Source of the DNA: Raja brachyura | Taxonomy: Eukaryota | Direction: 5' to 3' | Assembly: GCA_963514005.1 (NCBI GenBank) | Contig: OY740804.1 | Span: 18,476,001-18,540,000 of the forward strand | Length of the DNA: 64,000 bases | Shown: positions 38,001-53,000 of the stretch, one piece after another | Numbering within the stretch: the first letter of the stretch is position 1 | How the letters are laid out: each line of letters starts with the position of its first letter | Translations under genes and position numbers: made by a program | Notes under the pieces: generated by a model | What the model was told of the DNA's origin: nothing | What the model saw: the letters and a program-made list of their open reading frames with translations, nothing else | Database searches by the model: none

Positions 38001-41000
38001 ATCTCAATAATCGACATGCCACTCGTCAATATGTTATTCATTCCTCGGGATGTAAGCAATTGTCTGAAAGCCCTGAGTACGGAAAAGGCAATTAGCCGAC
38101 GAATGTCCCTCGGTTGATCTGGGCAACATTTCCCCCCTGAAAGAGATATGCTTCCCATAAATTGCAGGGATTTACACTTGAATACAGCACCAATGCATCC
38201 TCGCCAAAAACTGCAACAATTAAATATATTCATACAGTACAAGTCCGTCCATTCTTAATAAAGAATTCAATGATTGCGAATTGCCCTTGAACCTAGAAAT
38301 GAATTGCATTTCATCGCCAATAACCCTCCTGATATTGTAGGTATTATAGTCTTAGAAATCTGGATTTTCCGCCGCCCACACGGTGAAATAACTGATTACC
38401 AGAAATGACACGTGGAATGCTAATCTAAGGATTTATTATATGGTTGAACAAGAATTACATTAAAATAATTTATTGCAATTAAATTATATGTCAATCCCAG
38501 TGACTGTCTTTATGGCGTTATAAAGGAGGTGCACAGCCCTCCGTCGTGGCCACACCAGATAGGCAAGCTTATGTTCACAAGAAATTTCCCGTGATTCAAG
38601 AAATAGCATGTACTGCTTTGAGTACAGGTAACGTCAGCTTCATGTGAGACAATGGCCAACATATTAACGTTCTAAACTAACGACCAATAAAGCGATAATA
38701 ACTGTTCGATCCAGTTAATCAACTGATCTCACACACATGCTATTGAGATATTCAATGTTCCAAGACCATTCTGCGCAAAGACTAAACTGTATTACATAAC
38801 GCTATAAATGTATCTTGGAATTTGACACTGAAGTGCTCAAATACAGATGAAATATAGCTTTTATTAATGTTGTAGGTTATCATGTAACGTAAACTAAATG
38901 AAATGTTGAAGGAAATCATTAGCAGAGGAACATTTCCTGCAAAACAAAGTCTTTGCATAATTGATCACATTTGATAAAGATAATTTTATTTTTCTTCGTG
39001 ATTTTTGTTTTCAGCAATGATCCCCAACATTGGTGCCGAATTTTATTCTCTGCATAACATCTTTCAAATGTTCTAGATTTTCACAAGATTAATCTTTGGT
39101 TGAAATCTTGCGTCAATAATTGTATGCAATTTCCTGCCCGGGAGCTTTGCATTTTTCTTTTTGCATTCCCCATCAGCAAATCAATGTATTTCAAAGGCAT
39201 TTGGGCATGGTATCGTCTACTGTTTATCTATTTTTGACCAAACAAAGAATGAACGGTTTGCTCCCTCGCCTCATAGAATGAAGGAGCTGTGCAGAAGCAG
39301 GTTCTTCGGCACACCATATTTCCCACGGCAGCGTAGCCAGTCGTGACCAAGCATATTTAACACAAACTACGACAGTATTTTACTATTTTGCCTATTTAAA
39401 TATCTGTACGAAAAGGTCCTAAACATAGCAATTGTATCAATTTCCGCCACTTCCTCTGACCGAACATTCCGGATTTCACAGACATTATAAGTAATATCAA
39501 ATGTTACCCCGCAACTCTAACACTGACGTTAGTTCTTTCCATTTTGTTTCAAATCCACAATCCTAAACATAGACACATAGAAAATAGGTGCAGAAGTAGG
39601 CCTTTCGGCCCGTCGAGCCTGCATCGCCATTCAATATGATCATGGCTGATCATCCAACTCGGTATCCTGTAACTGCCTTCTCTCCATACCCCCTGATCCC
39701 TTTAGCCACAAGGGCCACATCTAACTCCTTCTTAAATATAGCCAATGAACTGGCCTCATTCTGTGGCAATGAATTCCACAGATTCACAACCCTCTGTGTG
39801 AAAAATGATTTTCTCACCTCGGTCCTAAAAGACTTCACACTTATCCTTAAACTGTGACCCTTTGTTCTGGACTTCCCCAACATCGGGAACAATCGTCCTG
39901 CATCTAGCCTATCCAAACCCTAAGAATTTTGTAAGTCTCTATAAGATCCCCCCTCAATCTTCTAAATTTCAATAAGTACAAGCCGAGTCTATCCAGTCTT
40001 TATTCATATGGAATACCTGCTATCCCAGGAATCAGTCTGGTGAGCCTTCTCTGTACTCCCTCTCTGACAAGAATGTCTTTCCTTAGATGAGGGGACTAAA
40101 GCTAGAAAGCTACGTATATATATACCCTCTGTTAATCTTATACACTTACATAAGGTTACCCCAGCCACTTTGGCTATAGAAAGCGCAAACCAACCAATCT
40201 AATATTCACCCATAAGCGAAGTGTTCTAATGTAGATACCATCCCGGTGTTTTCAAGGGCATGCGATCAAGGGGAAACACGCGTCCTACCGTGTGCCGACT
40301 AGAACAGCAAAGAATACTCGAAGTGCAGCCTACACCGAGTTTAGTAAATTTAAAAAATAACGTCCGAACACTTGTTATTTTCTGCCTAGCCGAACGAAGG
40401 TATGCGATCGGGATGCTTTGCCAACATAGTCTACATTCGTGTTGCTACTTCGGGGCAACTGTGAACTTAAATGTCTCTCTCACCGGGTTCATAACATTCC
40501 ATTATTCTGCACGCCATGCGCATGTTTCACTACTCAACATACATTACCTTGCATTTGTCGGGACTAAGTTCCATCTGCCAACGTTCCAGACAACGTTGCG
40601 GTCGATCTATATTCTACTGTACACTGACATAATCTTTTCTATCCAGAAAACCAGCCATTGTCCGCTTGTGTGCAGACGTGGTTATCATACCTAATACATT
40701 ATCATGCAACTCGCTGATATATGTCACAAACAGGAAAGGCCCAGGTCTAATCTCTGTGCTGCACTACTAGTCGCAAATTGTAAATCACAAAAAAGCATTC
40801 TTCCACAACCATTCTCCGCCCCATATAAGCAATCAAATAATTAATGAGAATGACATTGTCGGCCGCAAATCTATACTGCGTTTGCATATTATTGGTGAAA
40901 TTTAAATATGACTTTGTTAACCAAAAGCTCGGTTTAGCTTACCGTCCGGTTGGCACTGGCCGAAAAGCTCTGAAGCAGTGGGCGTGGGTAAAAAAAAATA

Positions 41001-44000
41001 GGGTAAAAAATACATCAATATATATTAAAAGAATTACATCGAAATTCAAAGTTGCAATTTTTTGATTTAATAATTGTGTGTTAACTCATTCCCGGCTTTA
41101 CCGAATTGTGTTTCCTTCAGCTTCCTCTCTGTCAAGAAACATGAAAAAAATGCTGTTTCGCAAAAGCAACTTTTATAAATTCTTCAACCAATACGTCTTT
41201 CTTTCTGGTCATGTACTCAATCTAATTATAAATTCCGCAACTCCAGATTGCCGTAACTATAATGAACAAAACACGTGTTTTACTGATTTCATTTGGCCTA
41301 CGACAAGACAGTGAAGCTATCTGCTTAGTAGTCATTAATCGTTTCCTGGATATCTCGGGACAGAATTATGCTTTGGATGTGTTTGCGAATAGGCCTTATA
41401 GTATGCACCACTTTTAGTGTCTACCAGCTGATTGTATATAGTTTATAGTTATATAGTTTATAGTTTTTTTATTGTCATTGTAACATGAACCATGTACAAC
41501 GAAATTTAAAAATGTCAACCAGTCAGTGCACCATTCAAACCATAAAAGCTAACGATACATACAAGGTAAAATATTAAAAAAGATAAACAACTAAAATAAA
41601 TATGAAATAGGAAAATAGCACGCATAAACACCCAACCCTACATCCTTCTGTCGATTTCACCAACCACAGCCCCTTAGTCCCCTCGTTCCTTGGCGGCTAC
41701 ATTTAGTGCCTTTATAGCAGTGGGGTAAAAACTGTTTTAAAGTCTGTTTGTCTTTGTCCTTGTAGATCTGTACCGTCTGCCTGACGGCAACAGTTCAAAC
41801 AGGGAGTGTCCGGGGTGGGAAATGTCCTCTATAATATTCTGGGATTTTTTGATGCAGCAGGAACTGTGTAAGTCCTCCAAGGTAAGGAGAGGGCAGCCGA
41901 CAATCCTCTGGTCGTTGTCAATGGCCCTCTGGAGCGCTTTCCTCTGAGCCGCTGTGCAGCTGGTATACCACACGCATACACAGTACGTTTGGATGCTCTC
42001 AATGGAGCACCGATAAAAGGACAGCAGCAGTCTCTGTGTGATGTTATTCTTCCTGAGCACCCTCAGGAAGTGCAGTCTCTGCTGGACCTTTATTCAGCAG
42101 CGCAGAGGTGTTCACGCTCCACGTCAGGTCCTCCTCAATATGGATTCCCAGGAAGCGGAAATCCGCAACCCTCTCCACACAGTCCCCTCTGATGATTTCC
42201 GTTTTGTTCTGGTACCATTTCCGTTTTGTTCTTCCTGAAGTCTATTATTATCTCTTTGGTCTTTAAGGCGTTCAGGAGCAGGTTATTTTCTCCACACCAC
42301 ACTGTCAGCTGAACCACCTCATCCCGATATGCGTACTCGTCCCCCCCCCCATGTTGCAATTCTGATTGACATCCAATGAACACATTTTGGTTTTGAAGGA
42401 TCTCGAATTGTTCGATGCGGACCACCTGATTACTTTGCATATGGGTTGGTAGATTTCGTACTCCATGTTCAAGTAAAATTAATTTCTGATAGTCTAACCT
42501 GTATCACTCAATTGTTCGCCCAAAGCATCGAGATCTGAAATGCAACGACAAATTCTGCACTGCATAACTTTCCTTTGCAACTAATAGACATACGAATACA
42601 TAATCAAAATAAACGAATGTATTGCGTTTGGTCATAGTGTCACTGTAACATGTGATCCAATGGCCTAATAAATGCGTAGAGGATCGTGGCACCCACCTAA
42701 TAAATACATATTCACCTGGAGCATGGCGACATGCTGCACATCAGAGCATGTGCTTGCTGAAGTGAGTGTAAGGGACAAATATTGCAGAAAGGATTGCTGT
42801 TCCCATCCAATGATCACATTGGCAGGATGGCAGATAGTTAGATCATCACGTTGTACTAAACATTGCCACGTCAGGTAGCACAAAATAGGAGTGAGATATT
42901 ATGGGCGAATATATATAGCTGAAATTTGTGTCGCGAATGTAGCTATGGACAATTTCGTACTTTTCACAAATGCTGCAATATCGTAGCAATCGTATTTTAA
43001 ACGACATCAATGTGCCATCATCGTAAACGTGACAGTTCATGGTATTAAATATCAAATTGGAAAAAATCCCATTCTAATTATATCCAATCTTTTGAGTGCT
43101 ATAGATTTAAACTTAATCAGATCATGTATAACGAGGATCACCATGTAGAATGTTCAAGGTTGTGGCAGAGTTTTGTAAATCTCCTCTTTATTTAGTTAAA
43201 TAAATTCGTTGATTTAATCGACGGTACCATTAACTTCCATCCTGCCCGGAAATTTAATTGAACAATCTACGACGCCGCTCACAGCATTCAGGGTCTCTCT
43301 GTCTCCATAATGGAGTTCGACATTAGTAGTAGACGTCAGACATTCGACTGACGTCTACTATAACTAACTGATTCGCAAGGTTAACTTGACCACCTCAGAC
43401 CCTGTCCCTTGCAACAGCGCTGCCCCTTGCTCTCTTCGTTTGTGTCTCTTGCGCGTCAATTCATCAGACGTGGCTTCCCACTGTAGACATCTGAGATGTC
43501 CTCTTTCTCCAGAAGACACAGTTCCCCCCACCCACTGCTTGTCCGAGACGGAGCTCTCATCGGCATCTCCTCTGAGTCCCGCATACTTCCCATGTGGTGG
43601 CGCCAGTAATAGCTGCCTCGCCAAAAGTCTCTGTCCTTTCCTTCTTTGTGTTTTAATTGTATGTGTTAAATGTATGTTTTTTTAGTGTCCTTTAGCTTGT
43701 TTTATATGGGGGGTGGGGGAAGGGTTGGGGGAAACTTTTTCGAATCTCTTACCTCGACCGAGATGCGTTTTTTCGTAACGTATCACCGTTCGCACTGCGG
43801 CCTAACATCGAGGAGGCCTTTGCTGGGGACCGATGTTGAGAGCTCCACCGCGGTCACCTGCGGACTTTCAATCGCGGAGCTCGCAATCCCTTTGCCAGGG
43901 GGTCGACCTCGGACTCCAACTGTCGGTGTTTGCGGACTTAACATCACCGAGCCCATGGTCTCTGGTCAGTGACCGACTTCGGGCACTCCAAGCCGCGGAG

Positions 44001-47000
44001 ATTTCGACCGCCCCGACGTGGGCGTTTCGATCGCCCCAACGCGGGAACTTCGATCGCTCAGATGCGGGGGCTTCGACCGCCAGCTGCGGGGGCTTCGATC
44101 GCCCCGACGGATGGTTCGACTGCGCCGACCCCAGGAAAATAAAGAGGAAGAAGATTGTACTTTTTTGCCTTCCATCACAGTTAGGAATGTGGGGAATACG
44201 CTGTGGTGGATGTTTATGTTTACTTTTATGTAGTTGGGTGTCTTGTTGCTTTTTTCGCATGGCTGTGCGGTAATACCCATATCACTGTACCTGTGACAAT
44301 AAATGACCATTGAAATCTTTGACAGTTTTGAACCATGCACGTTCTATCAAATTAACGAGTCTAAAATCCCTCATTAGATCCATTTTGGGGCATGGAATTG
44401 GCCGGAACTGACACCATAGATGGACAATAGACAATAGGTGCAGGAGTAGGCCATTCGGCAGTTGGAGCCAGCATCGCCATTCAATGTGATCATGGCTGAT
44501 CATCCGCAGTCAGTACCCGGTTCCTGCCTTCTCCCCATATCCGCTGACTCCGTTATCATTAAAAGCCCTATCTATCTGGAAAGTATCCAGATGGTTATTA
44601 AAAAAACACGGATCACGAAATTAACAGTGTCAACTATTTTATAAAAAAGATAGAACTACAAGGCAAAAGATCCTCGTGGATCTTAGTTAATGACTCTAGC
44701 TCAGCTGACATTCAACCATGTTCACGTCTAGATAACACAAACCGCAAATCTGTTAACATATCAAAGGTGTTTCAGAAAAGTCAAGTAACTCCGTTTATAA
44801 AATAATTGTTGCAGACTCACCCAAGATTAAAATGCACGCGATCCATCAAATTTTGGATATTTCTGTTCAGAACTATCTTCTCCATAGAAGCACAAGGATT
44901 GCAGTGGCAGTGTGTTATTTTTGCCGAGGTCTATGAAAGGCAGATGGAGATGGAGCCGAGCAAGTGAGCGCTGTTGCACTTATAGAAATGTAATGTATGG
45001 AGAAAATGTATACTTAATGGACTTCAACGCACTGATGTACAGAGGGACGTTGGGGATCACGACCATAATTCCTTGAAAGTGACAACGCAAATAAATAGTT
45101 GTAAATACCGCATATCGCAAATCTGAATTCAAGCATATCGTATGTTTGAATCATTGGTCGGCACATTGCGTATCATAATCAGGATGTCATGTTGCAGCTT
45201 TTCCACCGTTCTATATTCTATATTAGTAGCACTGACTATATATGCTGCATTGTGAAAAGGATATACAAGCATTTTGAATATTATGTTCACCTTTATCTTT
45301 ATTTGATTTTTCTGCTTCTAAATTAAAGGGGGGAAATGAAATCGTTTCAAACAAGTGATTACACAGCCAAACACGATTTTTTTATAGTGGCATTTCAAAG
45401 GCACATTTCAACGTGAAATATGGTTTGTAGGCGAGTTCATCGGTTTCGTCGGAGCTTTGCTAATCATAGGTCCAATATGACATCATAACATCACGTTGGA
45501 TGACATCAAAGTAAAAAATAGTTGTCCAAAATGCTGTATGTTATAGGCTGCATGGATATCCTTTGCATTTGCAAACCGAAGCGGAATGGATTCACACAGC
45601 TATCGTAGTGAAGAATGTCATATTTCCATTAATTATGAGTTTGGCTCTTTAAGTATCCCATCTAGAGATTGGGACTTTAGCACAAGAAGGTGCCCTGCAT
45701 CTATTTTCAACTCTAGCTATCGGGATATTTCAATGTGTATATATGATATGTTTTAATTAATGAAAAACAAACTATTCGTGTTCCAACCTCATGTAAAGAA
45801 AATGTTCTGATCTTCATCTAAAGCAGGCGAGTACTGAGCCATTATTGTTTACAGTAATGTTTCACACCTTACCCTTCCTTATCTCTATGTCTCCCTCGCC
45901 CCTGACTCTCAGTATGAAGAAACATCTCCCGAAACGTCAACCATTCCTTCTCTCAAGAGATGATGCCTGTCCGGCTCGGTAACTACAGCATTTTGTGCCT
46001 TCGGTGTAAACCAACATTCGCAGTTCCTTCCCACACGAGGATATGATCATTCTCGTCAGCCTGCCTCCAGTCCATGCCTACTCTCTGCATATCCAAGTGT
46101 CGATCCAACTGCTCCTTAAAAGCCACTATCCTATCCTCGTCCACCACAACACCTAGCAGCCTGAAGCAGGCAATCATTATCGTCTGTGTTAAAAGTGTGC
46201 CCCACAAATGTTTTCTAATCTTTGCCTCTCTCACCTTAAATTTCCACATTACGTCAATATTAACTATAACATTAAACACCGTTCAATGGAAAGATTGAAG
46301 TATATCCCACCAATCCCTCACCGGCATTTTTAATTTGTTCCATGGCGTTTCCCAATTCTGAAATAGAATAACAAGAGAGTAAACATTTCTTCAGTTGTAT
46401 GTGGAGTAATTGGTCAGATTGTCTCCAGCGCCACGTATTGTGACGTTGCGTATAGGAAGATAGTGGCCAAGTGAATCTTTAGATGAGGAGATGGTATTGG
46501 CGTCAGAGATTCAGCATTTATTTTTACCATTGGGATTTATTCTGGGGTAAGGGCGATTTGCAGAAAATGGACACATTGTACCTGAATTGGAACGAGCCAA
46601 ATTCCTGTCGGGTCTGTTAACTCGAGCTACTTCGGAGAGCTAAAACTTGTAAAAGAGGGTTGAGAGCAAATACAGTAGTCAGTCAGTAGGAAGGCCAGAT
46701 ATCAGTTTCAGCGAGTCAGTCGACAGGATATGCGGAGGCCCGGCAGGGACTGAAGAATGATAGTTTGATGATTTATTTCAATGTTAGAGGTCTGACAAAT
46801 ATGGTGATGAACCCGGGCCTCGATAGAAACGTACGACTGAGATTTGCGGTTAGAAGAAGCTGGCTAAACTGGAATTGAACTGACATATCAAATTCTCATG
46901 GGAGAGCATCTACTTACGAGATGGGGGTGTGGGTAAAATCGAAAGGGAATTGTATTATTATTTAAGGAGATTTTCACGGCAATAGTTCGAGATGACATGA

Positions 47001-50000
47001 CTGTGGGTTCATACAGTACGGTCGACGAATAAAAAGGGATTGTCATCTTGTTGTAATTACATTATAGGCCACCGAATAGTCAACGGGAAATTGAGAAAGA
47101 TTACATAGAACTGCAATAGGTTGGCATATTATGGATTTTTATTTGTCCCAATATAGATTGTGACTATCGGTGTGTGACAGCCAAAGACATTTGTTAAGCG
47201 CGTCCAATAAGGTTGACCCAAACAATATGTAGTGGGCGTTACAGAGGAAGCGAAATGTTTGAACAATAAGGGAAGTGGGCAGGGGAAGTTACTGAAAATT
47301 CTACGGGCCTGCCTTATTGGACCTGCAGGCACAGGCCTGTTTCAAATCGATGCGAAGTCAAATGTAATGGTACTCGATAGCAACTTGCTACATAGATTAG
47401 TGTAGGTTGTTTCCGGCCAATGGAACGTCCCAATGTTGGATATCAATAAAAGTCTAATGATGAGTGTACAAATAATACGTGTTCCAGTTAGACTGACGGA
47501 AAATGTACGTCGGATTCGGTAACCCTGGATGCCGAGAGAAATGAAGGCTTTCGTCAGGATAAGACAGTCGGGTTCACGTGAATGGCTGGTTGGATATAGG
47601 GGATAGGGGAGCAGACGAAAGTGAATTAAGTGGGCTTGAGCCTGGAATCGAGTAGGCAAAAGCTGGGAATGGTCTATTGGCAGAATCAATGAAGGCACAA
47701 TGGCTTGCGTTGTAGGAAGAGGTCGGGCAGGCTTGCACACAAGGCTAGCGTGTGACCTAATATCTGTGTTGTAATTCATGAGGTGAATCGATATGTTAAA
47801 GACAGCGAGTCTTTATCACGGGTTTGGGGAATCAAAAACTATAGACGCATGTTTAATATTGAGAGAGGCTAGATTTAATAGGATACTTGGGAATATGTAA
47901 TTGAAAAATGGACAAGTGCATCGATAGGAATCTTTTCAGTGAACTGGTCCGAACGCGGCAATTGTGGGGGGGGTCTATATTGGGATCTAGGTCGGCATAG
48001 GCGAATCATGCCGAAAGTCATCTTTCCTTCATGCACGATTCTGTGACGCTATGATTAATGGCACCCACTGATCGGTTGTTTCAACTTCAAATAATAAATT
48101 GATCTCGCTTTGCGGTCCTGAAAATTGTTATTTGGGATGTTTCGTCTGTCCCTGTTCTTTGATGTGCCTGTTGTTATTAATCTCAGTCTACGGGTCGCTG
48201 GAATAATTCCTCACCAACTGCATTCCTGAACTTGGGCATTTTTCAATTATTTGTTTTCCAATGTCAACGTAATTCTGCTCATAGGAACACAACCCATGCG
48301 GACGGCCGTAAGGCACTGTGCACGTATATTAATCGCACCTGCGAAAACTGGGCATTTCCAAAACATGGAAACAAATTCGATTTATATTTTTGCTTTTGTT
48401 AAAGGCCGCATGTGTCTTCCGCGTTGTTACCGAGACGGCAAAAAAAAACATTTGCTGAATCATAGAGTTAGGGGAATTTCCATAAAGCGCAGTTGAGATG
48501 TAAGAGATGTATCAATTACTGTTTCAGATGGTCCCAGTCACCTTTTCGATCCTTTGAAGGCGACGTAATTTCTTCTCTCCCTATTCGGATGACCTTTCCG
48601 TCGTTGTATTTTATTTGGGTTGAGCGTCTCGAGTATTAGCCAAGTCGCATAATCAGCAGAGTCGTAAAATCAGAGATGCATTAGGTTCTTAGAGGCATAG
48701 AGTTACATAATACCGAAACAAGACCTTCGGCCTAACTCGTTCAAGCCGCGCAAGGCGCCAATCAGGACTAGTCCCATGTGTACGCATATGTTCCATATCG
48801 CTCATGGAACCCACCTCCGGGAACAAGACTAGGTATGAATCCATCTGTGCGCTTCGTGATATTATACACACAGAAAGATCACCCCTCAGCAACCTACTCT
48901 GGCCTGTCCAACCTCTTTCCATGGCTCTGGTACTCGAGTACCGGCAACATCCTCATAAATATTCCATACAATATTTCTAACTTAATGCATATTTCACATG
49001 GCTTGCTTCTAAACAGTGACCTCGTCATTTTGAAGGACAAATGCAACCTCATGCCCTAACTGCGAAATCCGATGGCCGTACTGTTGAGGCATGGGTAACA
49101 CCGTCTTCGCCATCTTGTGAACATGCGACGCCTCTTTCAATAAACTATGTATTCCTGCGTCCCTCTATTCGAGAGTACTCCATGTACTCCTGGGTCCCTC
49201 TATTCGACAGCACTCACCAGGTATCTGCCCAAAACTGTGGAAGCTTTGATTACCCTCTCCACTGTTCCACTCTTTCCGACACTACGCATTGTTGCGCCCT
49301 CCGAAAACAAACTAACCGCTCTTTTCATGTAAAAAAGCGGAAATAGATGATACTCACAATGGGCCCAGCACTGACCCCTCAAGCGCACCACTGTTCATGA
49401 GGCTCAGGTGCGAAAAACCCTTCACCCTATATTTCCTGCCACTGAGTCAAGTATGTGTCTAATTATGTTGTTCGCTCTGGATTCCGTGTGATCTATATTT
49501 CCTGTGTAAGTTACAATGTCCAATCTTTTCAATAGTTTTGCTGGAATCATGCGTCAATCGTCCTCATCAGATTTGTCGGCCACGTCAACATTACAAGATA
49601 ACATTCGTGAAAAACTAGCTGCAAGGAGCTGTGCTGCCGACTCCAAATATACCTATGCGTTTCAATATTCATTTGTCCCTTTCTCTTCAAGTCCCATCCA
49701 ATAACGTACCGAGCACAATTGTCAGGCTTAATGCTCTGTAGTTTCGATTGGTTTTCTTTACAGCACCTCTTAAATAGAGGCATAACATTATCTACCCTGC
49801 AGTCTTCAGAAATTGCACCAGTACTACGCAGTGATGTACAGCCAGGGGCCCCCATGGTATGATATACCTTGCCAGGTCTCCGAGATTGAGCAGTCATTTT
49901 AAGCTGTCCAGTACTTCGAGCACAATTCGATATACTCCGACGACATCAATAGTAGCATCCCCCAAGTGTCCTTGTCTTCCTGTTTGAAGACGTATGGACA

Positions 50001-53000
50001 TTCCAAACAGAGCCGGAATTTTCATTGCTAATCTCCCGCGGCTCTAAAAGTATATATCAACATTCGTCTTTGAGGGGTCCTATTCTATCCCTCGTCATCA
50101 TTTTCTTTAATATACTTTTGAAACCTTGGACTTTCCTGAACCTTGTTGCCAAGAATCTTTCATGTCCCCTATTTCTTTCGGAATATGTCCCATCCTTTCA
50201 CACCTGCTATAATTCACTTGACCCCTCCTGCTTTTAATTAATCCATGTCTCCTTCTTTTCTCTAACCAATGAGATATCTTGACATCCAAGCTTCCTTCTA
50301 CTACCGATCTATCCCTTAGCTCGAACAGAAAGAATGTAGATTGTGAACCTTCGCTATCTCACTTTTAAAATCCTCCCACGGTGGACCGCCGTTCGCCCGC
50401 AAACAACTTTAAAAATGTAACCCTATCCACTTTTGCAAACACCTTTCTAAGTCCATCCACATTTCCCTTGCGCTCCTCCAATGCCCATTGATGCTGATGC
50501 GATGTCCGCAATCCCTACCAGGTGACCATCCCATTATCATGTCTCATGTCTGTCCACAAGTTCTCACTGGATGATCCCTCGGTAACATCATCTCGGAACA
50601 CAGCCGTGATGTTGGAAAAAACATGTACTCTCGCTTCATCGCTATTTCGTCTATCGCACGTGTACCATGAACAGTTTTGGTATGAATCCTGTCCCTCCTT
50701 CATCCATGCTTGCATAATATCTATAATATTCCGTGCTATGAACCTATCCATGCCACAATTTCACACGCCTCCACTGGATGACACATTGCATTGATAAAAG
50801 ATGCTATTAAATACAACGGCCCTTTCTGAGTCACTTCCTGCTCCGTTCAGCTTGTTTATAATCCCAGACCCCGCCAATCTATTTTAAAACATCCTTTGTA
50901 ACTCTGTCACATCTACAGGATATTGGTCAACCTCCTGTTCGGAAGCAACCGATCCTTCTTGTGCAGGTCACATCTGCCTAAAATGAAATACCAGTGGACC
51001 AGAAATATGAATCCTTGCCGACCGCACGAACAGTTCAGCCACGTAACCATTTGTTCCGTACGACTCTTCCAGCCGTCACAACCACGTGATTCTGATAATA
51101 ATCCTTAACTACCAAAAGGTCCTGGTTTTCACATTTTTGCCTTACTCTCAATATTCACATAATTTACCCTTTTCTACATATGTAATTTGTGCCAATGTGC
51201 AGGTCATCTCTGGCTGCTCAACCAGCCCTAGGGGAATATCCTGCGTACCTGGAATCAGGAAACAAATACGCATCTCGCTATTCCGTTTGTGACCACAGAT
51301 CTCTTCTTTGCAACCCGAATTATCGAATCACCTGTCACTATGTATCTGTCTGTCTCTACCAGTTCCCGCTGTGCCTTTGCGCCGGCGTTGCTGCCGCGGG
51401 TGCAGCTGCAGCTGGTTGATCCGAAACTGCGATCAGTATCAACAACGACATACATGATTTTATGGGGAATGGCCACAAAGGAATTCCTGCCTATTCCTTT
51501 AGCTTGTGGTAACTCGGCTATTATTGCCTGGACCATAGACGTGATCGCCTCGCCATAATTCCGGCCTCTAATGCTACTGCGTGCGTTCATCTCCAGATGC
51601 AGTACCGTCATCCCTTCAGTGAGAAGATACACCTAGTAATACTTCTCGTATGAGTAGTCATTGCGGACATTGAAAGATTCAGATGGCGCACGTTCATGAG
51701 ATTTAACTTCCCAATGCGTCGTTGCACTAAGCAGTACCTCTAATAGCACTATAGAATTGTAAAAAGGATTGTCAACAAACAAATCTCGACAATAATCATT
51801 ACACATATCTAAGTAATTAATTTACCCGCAGTTTTCTTCGCCAATTCGCATTCTGTTTAGGAAAGTTAATAACCAGAAATATTTCAGTTACTGTTCAACT
51901 TGCTATGGGATATATAAAATTATTTAAATCGCTTTCGAAAATAAAATCGGCATTTCAAAGTGATGCTCGTGCATGCAGTTTTATGTATTAGTTTGTTTGA
52001 GAGCTGCATTGAAAGTATTGAAAATAGAGTGCGAGAGAAAAAAGTGTCAAAAATTCCGATTCAAATTGCATGAATGAATTTGTTGTTATCTGCCGTGGGC
52101 GTTATTTGGGACAAGTTTGGACACTTCACAGATTTATGATCCAGGTGATGTTGATCTCCTTCCTCCATACACACGACGTTTAATGAAGTTGTGCTTGTTT
52201 ATACCATTGAACCACAATAAAAGTAAGCATAACTGTGTTACCGTTTACAAAGTNNNNNNNNNNNNNNNNNNNNNNNNNNNNNNNNNNNNNNNNNNNNNNN
52301 NNNNNNNNNNNNNNNNNNNNNNNNNNNNNNNNNNNNNNNNNNNNNNNNNNNNNNNNNNNNNNNNNNNNNNNNNNNNNNNNNNNNNNNNNNNNNNNNTGTG
52401 TGTGTGGCTGCGTGCGTGGAGGGGCGTCAATGGAATGTATCTTCCGCCCGTCTTAAAAGTGGATCTTTAAAAAAGACTTCAGTGGCTATCAAGAATATGC
52501 ATATTCCACACAACCAGTTTGTTTGTTTTAAGACCTTGTGCCAAATAACGCCCACAGCAGATAACAACAAATTCATTCGGGAGAAATATATTCCCCCTCG
52601 CTAGTTAACTATGAAAGCTTTCTAGGTTAAATCGAACATTCGGAAAATCTAATGGCGTTAAAGCTGAGGTACGATCTTCGGCAATATTTTTCCTTTCTTC
52701 CACTTTCAATATTGGAATTTGACATCGTTTATTGTCTCGCTGATTCACTCTTCCTCCTCACCCAATATTTACTTATTTTGTGCGGCAGTCTCGTATCCCT
52801 CGTTGTCAGGCAACTGAACCATCGAACCAACAACTAGAGGCGGCCCTGAACTATTATCTACCTCATTGGAGACCCTCGGATTAATTCTAAACGGACTTTA
52901 CTGGCTTTATCAAGCACTAAACGTTGTTCGCGGCTCTCTCTTTATCATGTAACTGTACACGATGCATGGCTTGACTGTAATCATGCATTGTCTTCCCGCT

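Noticed and set aside
39508-39534. 27-nt open candidate ELTSVLELR
   Set aside because: Purine-rich acceptor context.
44000-44130. Short interspersed ttcgaccgcccc repeats resembling a CRISPR array
   Set aside because: Degenerate internal repeats of a eukaryotic dispersed element, with irregular short spacing and no cas genes.
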